64,000 nt of DNA, taken from Eledone cirrhosa. Taxonomy: Eukaryota. Numbering within the stretch: the first letter of the stretch is position 1; the number at the start of each line of letters is the position of its first letter. The stretch covers positions 85,374,001 through 85,438,000 of the forward strand of contig OZ024740.1 in NCBI GenBank assembly GCA_964016885.1, in the 5' to 3' direction. This document shows, piece after piece, positions 25,486 through 37,644 of this stretch. The notes beneath the pieces are model-generated. The model was not told where the DNA came from and made no database searches. It worked only from the letters and a program-made list of their open reading frames with translations. The translations under genes were made by a program, and so were the position numbers.

Positions 25486-26544
25486 GACCACTTTTAAAGT
25501 TCATATTATAGTCGCAGCAAAGCATTTCAACTTCTTGAAATAAAAGTCAATTTAAACGAAAGTTAACGCATCGGTTACTCATGTCCTACAAATGGAGTAG
25601 CGAATTTTTATATCCCCCTGACTTAACTTTAGTTTGTTTAGTTCACTTTAGGATGATTGAATTTAATTTTGCACCCGGTTGTCTCCCCGTGTAATTGCAC
25701 CACAATTAAGTGCGGAATGGGGAGTTAAAAATGTTTCCTTGAACTTTGGTGTCATTTCACACTCCTAACCAAGAAAGTGCGATTTAACCCAGGTGTAAAT
25801 TTTAATGCCTACTGCATATGGATTGTGCTATTTCACACTCATGCCTAAACTGTGCGAATGATTGATTTGTTTTTGCACCCGGTTGTCTCCTCCGTTTAAT
25901 TACACCTCAATTACGTGTGAAATGGCGACCTCTGGCCAACCACACATCAGTGAGTTGTGTTCAGTAGATTTCATCACACTTATTTGTATTATATAACCAA
26001 TCAGACAACTCGAGTGTTGTTCATTGAGCGAAATCACTCCTATTTATATTGGCCAAGTCCGACCTAGGATCACACTTCTTTTTTGGCTTTTGACAAGTGG
26101 TAGGTTTTTTTTACATGCGTACCCTCATAAGCTACCCCATGTTTCTGAAACGCATGCTTCTTCAACATTTGTCACCTTAAAAGAGGTTTTGTTAATGTGT
26201 TTATGGTCATAAGGTTCCAGTTTATCATTTGCCTGTATCCTTTCAATGGTTAGTATTTACTTATTGCTATGTTCGAACTGCACAAACATACTGACACCTA
26301 TATACCTACCACTGTAGTCACACTATTTAATTTCCTTTATTACAGGTAGTTCGTACGCTGCGTTGCCCCTAACCTAAAACCTGAAATTTGATTGGTACAC
26401 AAAATCTTGCAAAACATACCCACTTTCTCAGACCACATAGATTTATCACATTTTTTCACAATTTATATCCGTGTTTAGATTTGCTTACTTAAACGTTATT
26501 TGTCCACTATTTATCGTTCTCCTTGGTTAATTTTCTAAAAACAA

Positions 26545-27580
26545 TGCCCCCAATCAAAGAACTTTCATTTGTCGATTATCTAATGATGCAAGTAGGTCTA
26601 AGCGAAGGCGTCTCACCGAAGATGTAAATGCGACTGCGATCAGGCTCTCACAGAATGCTGTGCAGACGGCTGCTGCAAGAGCGGAGGAGGATGACAGTCG
26701 GTGTGAACTTCAACGGAACAAAGATGCTGCCGCGACTGCTGCTGCTCGCGCTCGAGATTATGAAGGACGACGTGCTGTTCGACGAAGCAGGGACGCTGCT
26801 GCAACATCCACTGCTCGCGCTCGAGGGGATGAAGGACGACGCGCCGTTCGACGAAGCAGAGTCGTTGCTGCAACATCCTCTGCTCGCGCTCGAGAGGATG
26901 AAGGACGACGTGCCGTTCGACGAAGGAGGGACGCCATTGCAACAGCCGCTTCTCGGCGCGAGAGGATGAAGGACGACGCGCCGTTCGACGAAGCAGGGTC
27001 GTTGCTGCAACATCCGCTGCTCGCGCTCGAGAGGATGAATGACGACGTGCCGTTCGACGAAGGAGGGACACCATTGCAACAGCCGCTTCTCGGCGCGAGA
27101 AGATGAAGGACGACGCGCCGTTCGACGAAGCAGGGTCGTTGCTGCAACATCCGCTGCTCGCGCTCGAGAGGATGAATGACGACGTGCCGTTCGACGAAGG
27201 AGGGACGCCATTGCAACAGCCGCTTCTCGGCGCGAGAGGATGAAGGACGACGCGCCGTTCGACGAAGCAGGGTCGTTGCTGCAACATCCGCTGCTCGCGC
27301 TCGAGAGGATGAATGACGACGTGCCGTTCGACGAAGGAGGGACGCCATTGCAACAGCCGCTTCTCGGCGCGAGAGGATGAAGGACGACGCGCCGTTCGAC
27401 GAAGCAGGGACGCCGCTGCCACTGCTGCTGCACGGAATACTGAAACCATAGAGCAACGACGTGGCCGACTTCTGCAAAGTGAACAGCGGCGATCATCGTT
27501 ACGTGGCATTTCTAGGACTTGCAATTCACGATGGTTGTTGAATGCCTTTAACTACGACCCCTCCTCCGACTACGATGTGC
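26545..27580 (+). pseudogene. Helitron RepHel N-terminus with 23-aa (69-nt) STPR-like repeats, frameshifted; includes a 137-bp tandem array
   Basis: ATG CCC CCA ATC AAA start (MPP.K, as in 53863-54591); repeats EDEGRRAVRRSRDAAATSTARAR; ends [10 protein letters not shown]. Confidence 0.75.
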
Positions 27581-27629
27581 CTGCCTGGAAACCTGCACGT
27601 CTAAAAGTCCCTTGACTCTATGGCTGATC

Positions 27630-28098
27630 TGGACGAAGTTGTTATTTACCCCCACAGAATTTTTTAACTCCCTAGACCCTCCCAGATTGCCACCACACTT
27701 ACTGCGACTTAAGAAAGGTGCCCCTGTCATGCTCCTCAGGAATTTGGAACCCCGAAGGCTTTCCAACGGCACGCGTCTGGTCGTCTAAAAGGCGTGCCTC
27801 ATGTTATTGAGGCAACAATATTTACAGGATGTGGTAAAGGGGATACTGTCTTCATACCAATCCGGTAAAGACATTCCTTTCACATTCAGAAGGCTGCACT
27901 CTTCGACTCAGTTTCGCCATGTCGATTAACAAATCAGAGGGTCAGACGCTGACGGTCGTAGGGCTTAATTTAGAAGAACTGTGCTTCTCCCATGGTCAAC
28001 TATATGTTGGCTGCTCTCGAGTGGGGAGCCGACATAACCTATTTGCTTTTGCAACTCGCGCGAAAACCCAAAATATAGTCTATAAGGAAGTTTTGTAG
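27630..28098 (+). pseudogene. Helitron PIF1-like helicase C-terminal fragment
   Basis: [33 protein letters not shown]; FAMSINKSEGQTL; FSHGQLYVGCSRV; NIVYKEVL*. Confidence 0.9.
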
Positions 28099-29272
28099 GA
28101 ACCCCATCCGTTAACAAGTAATCGCTGTTTTTTTTTGTATAAGTGCTTACATTTGCTGTATCCGTGTGCTATTTTTGTTCCTTTGACAATACCACGGACG
28201 CCTCTGAGGTTGTTTTTGCTATACGTTATAAATGTTCAATGTCTCCGTTTCCCGCATTTATATGTTGCTATTACGCTCTGCTATCGGTGTTCCGTAGTTT
28301 TAACCTAATTAATCTACTTTTCCCTAAATCTTATTTATACATTTTTTTGACATGCCAGCGTGATCTTGCCAAGGCCGTTTTTTTGTGGCTACCGACTGTT
28401 ACATACATGCTTTTCTAGGTTACAATCTCAAATAACAAGCAAAGCAAATACGACACACCAAAGTGGTATGAAGGACTTCTTAAGGGCCACCACCTCTAAT
28501 CGGAGTCGTCTTTGCTGACAGCTCTGCCACTGGGACTTTTAAGAGTGAACAATCCAAGGCCCTCCTCAGGGCCACCAAGTTTAAATTGTTACCATCGATT
28601 TCATCTTTGCTAGCAGCACCGCCGCTGAGATATTTTAAAGTGAACGTTAAAAGGTCCTCTTCAGGGCCACTAACTATAAATTGTATCGCTGGATTCGTTT
28701 TTGCTGGCAGCACCGCCACTGAGATATTTCAAAGTGAACGTTCAAAGGCCTTCTTTAAGGCCAACACCTATAAATTGTTACTTCTATAGTCGTGTTTAAC
28801 GGAAGTCTTTCAGTTTATTTGAACGACTACTCCATTGAGAGTTATACCGGGCAACGCCGGGTACCTCTGCTAGTACTATCTATCGGTCGCAACTCCAGGT
28901 AGAAGCAACGTGAAATAAAGTGTCTTGCTCAAGGATATAACGTATCGTCCGGTGTATAAAGGAAGGTATATATATATTCTATTATATATTTCTGTATAAC
29001 TGTCCGTCAGAAGAGTTTTGGGAGTTCTTTGGGGTTATTACATATCGTAATGATACTGCTAGACATACTCTATAGAACTGTTTTGAAATGCGCGACCTAG
29101 AAATTACACATATGCTGACAGCCACACACACACTCTAGCTACACACAACCACAAAGAAACTATTACACACCTGCATGTATGTAGGCTGGTTCGTCTATAT
29201 TTGTATCTTATATATAATATATATATGTGTGTGTTTGTACATATATATACATATATATGTACAAACACACAC

Positions 29273-29355
<83 letters not shown>

Positions 29356-29385
29356 TTGTACATATATATGTATCTATATGTACAA

Positions 29386-29457
<72 letters not shown>

Positions 29458-29974
29458 TTGTATGTGTGTGTGAGTGTGAATGAAAAGAACGGTGTGTGAT
29501 GACAGGGAAAGGTGTATGTCGGGAGAAAGAGTGGTAGAGCGAGCGGTGATAAAATGGTGCTGGAGAAAATGGCGCTGTTTTGGTACGTTTCTAGAAATAC
29601 GAGAAGAATAATGACCTCGTTGTGCTGTAAATGCTAGAGGATGAATAAACTGACGTTAGAAAGAAGGTAAATAGGAGAGAGGAGTGATAGGGAGGGAATG
29701 AGTGAGTGAGAGAGAGAGTGTGTGAGAGGGAGAGAGGGTGAGAGAGAGAGGGGGAGAAAGAGAGAGAGAGAGGAGGGAGAGATACGGTGTGGGAAAGAGG
29801 GATGTAGATGGAAGGAAATAAACATTAGAAATGAAATCGATATGTATGTATGTATCTATCTATTTATGTAGCTCTCTTTCTCTCTCTCTCTTTCTCCCCG
29901 ACTCTCTCTCTATCTATCTCTTTCTCTCTCTCTTTATATATATATATACATATATGTGTGTGGGGGTGAGGGGT

Positions 29975-30300
29975 GGCAAAGACCCCTTCAGTCACGAATG
30001 ACCATGGAATTTACACCTAGAATGTTTCCCTCCAAGGCACAAACTCGGGCAAGTTTGTTTGTAGAAGACCAGCAGTCACCCATTCGTGCCAGTCTCCCCT
30101 CACCAAGCCACCCATATTGTCCAAGAGAAAGCCAGAGCTCGGTATAGTTTGGCAGCAGTGATGCTGCAACTTATTTCTACAACTGAGTGAACTGAAGCAA
30201 CGTGAAGTAAAGTGTCTTGCTCAAGGATACACCACATTATCATGTCCGGCAATCACATCTCGATTGTAAGTGCAACGCTCTAACCACTATGTTACGCTCC
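29975..30300 (-). mobile_element. tRNA-derived SINE, family B
   Basis: Minus strand TAGTGGTTAGAGCG A-box and TCCTTGAGCAAGACACTTTACTTCACGTTGCT; partial copy at ~28900-28940. Confidence 0.65.
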
Positions 30301-30740
30301 TTTCACACACACACACACATATATATATACATATGTATATATATATATATGTAGATAAATCTACCAAAAATTTACGGTAGTGTCCAATCCGTATGAAGAA
30401 CTCAATGTAATCCGGATATCATGAAAAGAGAAGATGCATTCAAAAACTATTTTCGGTGAAAATTAACGGAAAACAGAGTCAAGATAAATTCATAAAGTAA
30501 TGAATAAACAAAGAAACAATTCAATTAAGTTAAAGTGTACATCTACATATGTATACGGAAGTATTAGTATGCATATAAATACACACATGTATACATATGT
30601 ACATGTACTCAGCTTTTCACTAGACACTTTACAGTGAGTGTCAGCTAGTCTGTATGTAACCACACAGACGGACCGGGTTTTAGAGTCATACGGGTTTTCA
30701 AGGAAACACATTTCCTCTATTCTCCAGAGGGCCAGACAGG

Positions 30741-30785
30741 AATATTGGACTAGTTTCGATGTTATTACATCTCATCAGCAATATT
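30741..30785 (-). ncRNA. Canonical minimal type-I hammerhead ribozyme
   Basis: AATATTG-CTGATGA-GATGT AATA ACATC-GAAA-CTAG-TC-CAATATT; all stems Watson-Crick, GUC triplet. Confidence 0.92.
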
Positions 30786-31811
30786 TACCCATCTTCCGTA
30801 TACATATGTAGATGTACACTTTAACTTAATTGTTTAAGCGTCAGTCATACAAAAGTGAGTTAGAAGCGAAACGAAATTTAATTTCGTTTCGTTATTTGTT
30901 TTTAAAGAAACAGTTCCTTATATTAAAAAAATTCATCATTTTACGATCGTTTCTAGGATATATATGTGTTAGTGTTGGTATGCATATTCTATAGATCTAT
31001 GTAAAATATTATACAAACTATCAGAGGGAATATACATACCTACACATATATATGCTGTCTTCAGAAATAATGATATTTGTTTATTGAAAAAAACAAAGAT
31101 TTAATACAATAGGTCTGTTTGGGAACAGGTTTTGAATTGACCAATAGAAAGATAGTGAAGGTCAAGATAGTAATATAGTAGTAAAAGAACCTTAATTTAT
31201 GGGTAGAGGAAGGTAGATTTCAGTTTTGGATGGAAAAGAATATTATGAATGAAAGATTATTTTAGGGATGAAAATAGGTCGTATGCTGACCTCAGAAATA
31301 ATTATATTTGTTTATTGAATAAAACCAACAAAGATTTAATATAGTCTGTCTGTTTGATAACAGGTTTAGAATTAACCAATAGAAAGTTAATAATTGGCCA
31401 AATGGTAAAAATAGTAGTAATTGAAGTTTATTTTAGGGGTAGAATAAGGTAGATTTCAGTTTTGAATGGAGTGTGAAGAATGAGAAGGTTATTTTAGGGG
31501 TGAAAATAGGTCAGGTCAGTAAAAGGTATACGAACAGTTGCTGTAATAAAATAGTAATGCCAATACAAATATCTAAGGTGACTAAAGTTTTACGATAAGA
31601 GTGTTAGTGAAAAAAATACATCCATGAAAAGAATATAAATTAATTTAATTGATGGGTATATTTATATTGATAAAATTATACTAATGCATATAGATATGAT
31701 AAATAAGAGTTAGATGTAGTTGAAGAGTGCTGTTAAAGATGAGGGGAAATTAAAAGAATATAAAAATAATATATATATATATATATATATACACATACAC
31801 ACACACTCACA

Positions 31812-31895
<84 letters not shown>

Positions 31896-31907
31896 TACAC
31901 ATATATA

Positions 31908-32075
31908 TGGTGGCTGCCAACTCGTTTTCGAGTACGGCCACTACTTTATATCCATGTAGGAGAACCCCTACCAATGCGCTGAACGAGTGTGACTTTTTAG
32001 TCCAGCCAGCGACTTGAAAACTCTGGTACAAACACTACACTTGTGACAATTATTGACACATAGTGCTGGGCCCAA
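31908..32075 (-). mobile_element. Second copy of the 13260-13427 terminal segment, inserted in (TA)n
   Basis: Reverse-complement match. Confidence 0.8.
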
Positions 32076-32359
32076 TGAATATATATATATACACTCATAC
32101 ATACATACACATACATATAATTATTGGGGGGGGGGGGGTTAAATTTATTAGTGAGAAATAATAAATATATAGAGATTTCAAGGAACATAGAGTCATAACC
32201 TGAAATTAAAGCATTATATATGTTTACTTAATGGTATCAGTTTTAGGAAATGATAGTTGTAAGAAGGAAAGTAAAATTATGTAGTTCATCAGTAGTAGGA
32301 TATTAATTATAGGTTAACTAAATTAAAAACAGTTTATATATTAATTTCCAAAATGTATA

Positions 32360-33937
32360 TTAATTAGGTTTATAATATTTAAAGGTTTTTCTCAGTTTAT
32401 GATTACACGATATTATTAATTCCTGTCGCTTATTCAATAGGATATCCTTAGATTTCATTATTTCAAAAAGTTCTTGGGAACATAATCTACATTCATATCT
32501 ATTATTTTGATAAGGGGTGGCCCTTTTGAGCACACTCCAGGTCAGGTCATAATCTATATTCCTCTTTCTATAATTATTAATTATTTCAGCTAGAGATGTT
32601 GTATTAGCTAGTGCGGCATTTTTAAAACTATGTTTATGGGTATTAAATCTTACCTTAAATTTGTTAGAGGTAGCTTCTATATATGAATAAATTGAGTCCT
32701 TAGTGTTAACTTTACATTTATATACTATGTTATTAACAAGGCAATTTCCTTTTAATGGGCAGTTTGCCTTGTTTCTACAGTTACAACTTTTCGTGAATCC
32801 TGTATCCGAGGAGATATTATGGTTAGTTTGATGTACTGGTGGTATACTCATGGTTTTTTTTTTACATTTATATGCATTGTAGGCACTTATATTTTGTTTT
32901 ATGTTTTTGGTTGTTGAGTAGGAGAATTTAACCGTTGATCTATTTAAAATTTGATGGTATTTGTGGTTTGGCGGGAAGTTCTTCTCTAGGATATTAAATA
33001 ATTTTTTAGGTATATTATCCTTAATTTGTAAATTAAATGGAGCATTATACCAAGTAACTCGTCTATTACGGTTTCGATGTTGTTTATTGTTTTTATATGA
33101 TGTATCTTGATGTTCATTAAGAGAATTATTGTTAATGACTTCACCACACACATTTTTAGTTAGATTTATTGATTTAGGTGATTTAGCTTATTTATTAGGA
33201 GTTTTATTATTACCATTTATTAGAGTTGTAGGATGAGTGGTTTTTTGAGAGTTACTATATTGTATATTAGAAGAGTTAGAGAAAATTGGTTTTATGTTGG
33301 TATTTTGGGGTATAGTGTGAGTGGCATTTAGGTGTGTATGTTTCATTTGGTGTTTGTTGGTAATATTAGGTTGTGTGTTTGTAGTGTTATTGGTACAAGG
33401 TATATATACTAATTTATTTGTGTGGCCATTTATAGCTAGAGCTTCGTTATAAAAGGTCGCATTTTTATCAAATACATCCTGGTTAGACGAAAGGTTAGAA
33501 ATTCTAAGTGATATATTATATGCAAGGTTTTTAAGGATAGATTTAGGGTGATTAGATTGTGAGTGTATGTAGTGTAAATTTTGGTTAGGTTTATGGTAAG
33601 GTTGGTAGATACCCGTAGATAAGTCTAATGTTATATCAAGGAAATTAACTACTTTACTTGTGTTTTCAAATGTAATATCTAGACTATAATAGTCTTTAAG
33701 GAAAGTTCTAATAAGCTTTTTATTTTTTTCTATCTCTGAAAGGCTAAGGTTATTGGAAAGAAGAAGACAGTCGTCACGATATAAACCACCTTTAAGGTGG
33801 GGAAAGGAAGCATTTATGTTGAAAAGAAGAAAGAGGCCCACAAGATCAGTAATTTGGGCAGAATCGCTTGAGCCCATAGTAATATCGAATAGATTACTAT
33901 ATGTGTTTCTGGTCCAGTATTCATTTTGAAATTCCAA
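32360..33937 (-). pseudogene. 5'-truncated Penelope-like (Naiad-type) RT + GIY-YIG endonuclease ORF with one in-frame TAA
   Basis: FDITMGS.D.A.I.DLVGL, GLYRDD, VNFLDITLDL, Y.KPN..L.YIH..SNHP, TWYNAPF, CNCR..CPLKGNCL..NIVY..YI, C.LC..E; the two track ORFs are in the same frame, separated by TAA at 33188-33190. Confidence 0.9.
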
Positions 33938-34092
33938 TAGTGTTAGTAATATATATATATAAGAAAATGAGATTTTTTAAAATCGATATCCTACACGGGT
34001 TAAAGTGTAAGGAAAACAAATAAAAAATGTAACTGGAGTTTTTAAGAAGATTTACTTACTTTAGCGATTGAGATGGCTTGTGTTTCTGTTGT

Positions 34093-34241
<149 letters not shown>

Positions 34242-34358
34242 CCAGGGATTGTAACGTGAAGTTACTGTAGGTTCACCCAGGTAAGCACTCGATGTTTAGG
34301 TTCACGTCAGTGGCGAGGTGTAGAGCTAGACAGAGTGTAATATTATAATATAATAATA

Positions 34359-34602
34359 CAAGGACGATTTGTTAAGCCTTTATTACGTTTATTGATTGGT
34401 GACTCCGCGTTTCGCTATTGCTCAGCTCAAGGTTCAATCTGTATCGATCAGGCCCGAGTCTGGAATTACAACAGCAGAGGTCTGACGAGCTTTTGATTCC
34501 AGAGTTGGGCCTGATCGATACAGATCGAACCCTGAGCTGATCAATAGCGAAACGCGCGTCACCAATCAATAAACGTAATGAAGGCATAACAAATCGTCCT
34601 TG
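34359..34602. repeat. Inverted repeat (34359-34466 / 34496-34602) derived from an HHR element
   Basis: CAAGGACGATTTGTT...AACAAATCGTCCTTG. Confidence 0.88.
34479..34563 (+). ncRNA. Type-I hammerhead ribozyme with long stem II
   Basis: GGT-CTGACGA-GCTTTTGAT...ATCAATAGC-GAAA-CGCGCG-TC-ACC. Confidence 0.75.
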
Positions 34603-34629
34603 CACATGTGAGAAGACAGTACAAATCTG

Positions 34630-36873
34630 CGGGGGAACAGGTTCGTAACTTTAAGTTGTTTTAAATTGTCATTTTTTTGTATTTTCTTGTCGTTAACGAA
34701 ACTTAAGGTACACATCTTGATTTAAAGAGAGGGATACCTCTCAATATTCGGGCTTTAAGACCGAATATTCAGATCTATTTTTAAAATCGATGTAAACACG
34801 GATGGCGGTGGCAACAGCATCAAAAAACAAAACAACAACAACACCAATAACAACAGCAAGAATGACAACAACAAGAGCATCAGAAGCACCACATTTGTTG
34901 CAGCAGCAGCAAAAACAAAGCGCTTATTGAATATTGATATTGATATTAGCGATAAAGACGAACAGTTGGCCCAAGCGTGGAGGCTAATTAAACGGGAGAA
35001 GTCCTGGGCAAACCTGACCATCCCGGACGAAGCAATAGCGGCCATGCAAAGGAGGACGGTGTACTTTCGATGCATTTCGGTGCAGAGACGAAAAGTGGAA
35101 CTTGCCAGCCAAGCAGAGGTCGAGGCTGCTTTGGAGTACATCGGAAGTAACATAGAGTATAAAGCAAGAGCCAAACAGTTCGGTACCATCTCGGTACTGT
35201 TCAAAACCGAGACCCTCGCTATTAAGCATTCGGTGACCCCCTGCAGAACGGAATGCATTATCATGCATCCGTCCTACATGGGTAAAAGGACAGTAAAGGT
35301 ACGCATTCCCAGCATCCCACCAGGAATTAACATATGGTGGCTGCTGGGATGCGTAATCGAAGAGGGGACAGACACTACTCACCTGGATATCAAAAGGACA
35401 GAGAGAGAGGACTGGTCCGGAATGGATTTGGAGATTCTTCTCCAAATGAAACCGGAGGACATGAACAACATCCCGGATTTTGCTCGCCAGCAGGATGGGA
35501 CAACAATCCAACTAATCATTGACGGAAGAAGGCCACGCTGCTTCGTCTGCGGGGAAGCAACGCATCTGCAAGCATTCTGCCCTCAGCGCAAAAATGCAGG
35601 GGGTCGCAAACCTCCTTTGTTGCCAACGCCAATGTCAGCCGGGAAAGCTGCACCACCACCACCACCAAAAACAACACCAACAAAGACACGGACACCAACA
35701 TCAAAAACACCCGGATCACCACCAACACCAAAACCAATCCAAGGGGAAAACGAGGAAAGCTCTCCCACTCCCCTACCCCCTACCCCCCCAATTATACACA
35801 TAGACAAAACAATAAACGCACACAGAGACACAGAGACACTCACCACCACAGTCACCAAAACGAAAACAAATAAAACCACACCAACAAAATGTTAAAAACT
35901 TCGTGCTTGTCAGAAGGGCCAACGATAAACTGATGGCCCTCTTAGCACGAAGCGAGGACATTCAAACAGAGGGGGAGATTTTTTAAATGAGCACATTTTG
36001 CGTGCCAGAAGATTTGCTTCTGGTCCGAATGTCACTCAATACCTTCAAAGAAATTCGAGAGAGCTTTTCTCAACACGTGGGAACCCCGAATGTGACACCC
36101 ACATCAAGACTTTTAAAGGGGTTCCCAAAAGAAACCCCACCAACCATGGAGGTCGAATCACCTGACCATCACAAGAAACCGTTCTGCACGCACTTGTCCA
36201 ATGTCCGTGCATTACTGACTTGTGGAGTTATGTCGAACAGCTACTGTCGCGTGTGGAACGAATCCGGCTATCGGCCGAGTCCATAGTGAAGATCGATCCA
36301 CCGCCTTCCTTAGGTCAGGAAGAGCAGGAAGTTTTCCTCTGCCTGGTGGCAGTTGCGAAAAAGGTTATATGGTGGACCAGGTTAAAAGGACTGAAGACAG
36401 ACACTTTTCTCTTCGGCCAATCCCTCATCAACTTCTTCAAGTTTCACCTGGAAAGGAAGGTGAGGGTGGAGAGAGAAGTGCTGCCCCCCAGTACATTTGC
36501 TAAAAGGTGGGTGAATGTGACGAAAATGGCTCGTGTGAATGGGCCTACTCTGACCATGCACCTATAGGCTAGCTAACTTGAGAAGAAGTGTGCTCTCCCT
36601 GGGTGCCCTAGAAGCGCAGGGTGGTTCAGGATTGGTGGGGTACCCAAGTCACCCCAGGGTCGTCCACCCTCTATCGGGGAATTTATTTTGTTATATTTAT
36701 GCATAGTTTATTTTATATTTTTATATCCTCATTGTTAAATTAGTCTTACCATTGTGCACTTTTACTCGACCTTATTGTAAACCCCCACTGTCCCTGTCTT
36801 TGTATTGTCCCCTACATATCGGCCCTTGTGGCTAATAAATGAAATCATTATTATTATTATTATTATTATTATT
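34630..36873 (+). mobile_element. Tx1/L1-type LINE copy 1, lacking almost all of ORF2; (ATT)n tail
   Basis: ORF1 end joined at ~36175 to the ORF2 zinc-finger/C-terminus; 3'UTR near-identical to 41230-41510. Confidence 0.9.
34927..35895 (+). pseudogene. LINE ORF1 (CCHC zinc knuckle, Pro/Thr-rich tail)
   Basis: GRRPRCFVCGEATHLQAFCP (C-X2-C-X4-H-X4-C); homologous to ORF1 of copy 3. Confidence 0.85.
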
Positions 36874-36874
36874 A

Positions 36875-37605
36875 CAGTTGCATTTATCTTGCTTTATGTT
36901 CATACGAGTTATCACCAAGTCACAACCAGGGACCTCAAGAGACAACAAGGTCCTCCATGTTCAAGAAAGAACATACATACTCACACATGCATCTTTAGGT
37001 GTTTAGACTTGGGATGTACTTATATTGACAGTATCTTCCTTAGTATATGGGCAGTTCCCATTAGTACTATCTTTCGTATTTCTCCTATACGCGGGTTTCC
37101 TGGGATTTGCGATAAGTAATCATTAGACCCCTTAGGTATCATTCCTAGAGCGCCTACAAACACTGGTATTGTTTTAGTTCTCAATTTCCACATTTTTCCA
37201 ATTTCTATCTCCAGGTCCTTATACTTGCTCAATTTTTCAAATGTTTTATAGATACATTCTTGTCTATTGGAACGGACATATCAATTAGCAGGCATACCCT
37301 CTTTTTAAAGTCCTTCAGTATTATATCAGGTCTATTTGCATCTATTTTTCGGTCTGTTTGGATGCTAAAGTTCCACAAGATTGAGATGTGATCTTTTTCA
37401 AGTATGGGAGGTGGTTGATGCTCCCATCAATTCTTTTGATGGGGCAGGTCAAAATGCTTACACATTATCCAATGTATGTATTGTGCAGCTCTGTCATGCC
37501 TGTTTTGGTATTCGGTTGGAGCTATAGGACTGCACATTGAAATTATATGATCAATGGTCTCTGGTTGTTTTTTACATACACGGCATAATGGGTTGCATCC
37601 ATTTT
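36875..37605 (-). mobile_element. 3' fragment of an R4/Dong-type LINE (CCHC + restriction-like endonuclease)
   Basis: CRVCKKQPETIDHI..C, RHD, TDRKIDANRPDII, IDMSVP, EKLSKYKDL, PVFVGALG; its 3' end meets the shared (TAA)n. Confidence 0.85.
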
Positions 37606-37644
37606 TTATTATGTTGGCTTGGTAATTTTTGTTTTATTATTATT

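Larger units (their letters stand above)
24458..28873 (+). mobile_element. Internally deleted Helitron (4.4 kb)
   Basis: A|TCTATATAAAAC 5' end; 3' hairpin CCGGGCAACGCCGG then GTACCTCTG-CTAG|T; RepHel N-terminal repeats and PIF1 C-terminal remnants inside. Confidence 0.9.

Noticed and set aside
26640-27524. Long minus-strand ORFs (239-294 aa)
   Set aside because: Antisense of the GC-rich Helitron repeat array.
32280-32300. CTGATGA on the minus strand after the Penelope stop
   Set aside because: No GAAA or stems nearby.
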